Source: Marsupella aquatica (lineage: Eukaryota; Plantae; Marchantiophyta). Taken from it: a stretch of 64,000 bases of DNA. The notes under the pieces were generated by a model, which did not search any database, was not told where the DNA came from, and saw only the letters and a program-made list of their open reading frames with translations. Numbering within the stretch: the first letter of the stretch is position 1; the number at the start of each line of letters is the position of its first letter. Both the position numbers and the translations under genes were made by a program. This document shows positions 63,135 through 64,000 of the stretch, one piece after another. The stretch is taken from the NCBI GenBank assembly GCA_973895155.1, contig OZ316898.1, positions 9,698,186-9,762,185 on the forward strand, in the 5' to 3' direction.

Positions 63135-64000
63135 GTCTCGAGCAGTGAACTCTAACAGTTCCAATGTTGCTGCCCAGTTCTTCAAGAGACGTCATGTTTC
63201 AACAGTGCAATTCATTTTCGGGAGGACGAATTTCAGTTTTCCTGTCCCAATTGAAGAAAAATTGAATTACAGAACTAACGTCGATAAAACCTGGGTACAA
63301 AGATGCCGAGAAATTTTGGTCCATCGATCGACAAGTGGGGAGTCTCATGAATTTCGCAGTGCTCGCCCTCAAGTTGGAATCTCTTGACTGCAAGTCCAAA
63401 TGAGCTGCATGTGGTCCCTAGCTTCCGTCAAGTATCTTCTATTAAGCAAATTATTTCTCAGTGGTGACGATGGATCTTGAAAATGAACATGGCCACCTCC
63501 CCCGACCGTCCATGAGCATGCAAAAGCTTCGTGCCGGGGCACATATTTGAATCTCCAAAAGGCTACAAGGAGAATAGAACTGAAGTGCCTATAAATTCTA
63601 AAAGTTGACGCGCTTCAATTAAATTCAATAAATCTCCAGGTTTCATTGTTTATATAGATACTATATTCTAGTTTTGTCATCCTTTTATCACTTTTTTATC
63701 ATCCCTTGATCACTTTACATGTGAATTGATATGACATTTTTATTGTACTCACTTTTTGAACCATAAAAAAAATTAACATGCATGTCATCATATTAATAAT
63801 AGTACATAACATATGATACTCTTTTTAATGCACATCTTTCTTTCTGTACACATATGTTATGGTGGGGCATCCATCATCATTAGTTTTCTCCCCGGTTTGG
63901 ACTTGTCGGACAAATACAAGTATTTGAGACGACAGATGACATTTGTCGTCCCGGCCGGTGACAAGATCGGACCGGGAGAAACTAGAACCGGGCCGGGATG

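Overview
Eukaryotic, intron-rich land-plant genomic DNA. The gene style and transposon content suggest a bryophyte such as a liverwort, but that is an inference. I reconstructed three spliced genes by hand, and every intron is GT-AG with consistent phases. (1) An RRT1-like GT106 rhamnogalacturonan-I rhamnosyltransferase (+, 8 exons, 26860-31328, 519 aa). (2) A 13-exon, 660-aa multipass membrane protein (+, 38805-44289) that the ORF track shows only as fragments. Its helix layout and motifs resemble the PHTF/7TM-ion-channel (insect odorant/gustatory receptor-fold) superfamily, and it is the main candidate for something new. (3) An autoinhibited P2B Ca2+-ATPase, ACA4/ACA11-like (-, 7 exons, 46943-52587), which lies tail-to-tail with gene 2. 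The flanks (about 1-25 kb and 54-64 kb) are rich in mobile elements and repeats. They include a young non-autonomous Bianca-type Copia element with 142-bp LTRs and a perfect TSD, a 5'-truncated LINE with a 13-bp TSD, three related solo-LTR-like sequences, a TIR DNA transposon with a decayed ORF, a tRNA-derived SINE-like head and many tandem repeats. No database search was run, so family assignments rest on recalled motifs.
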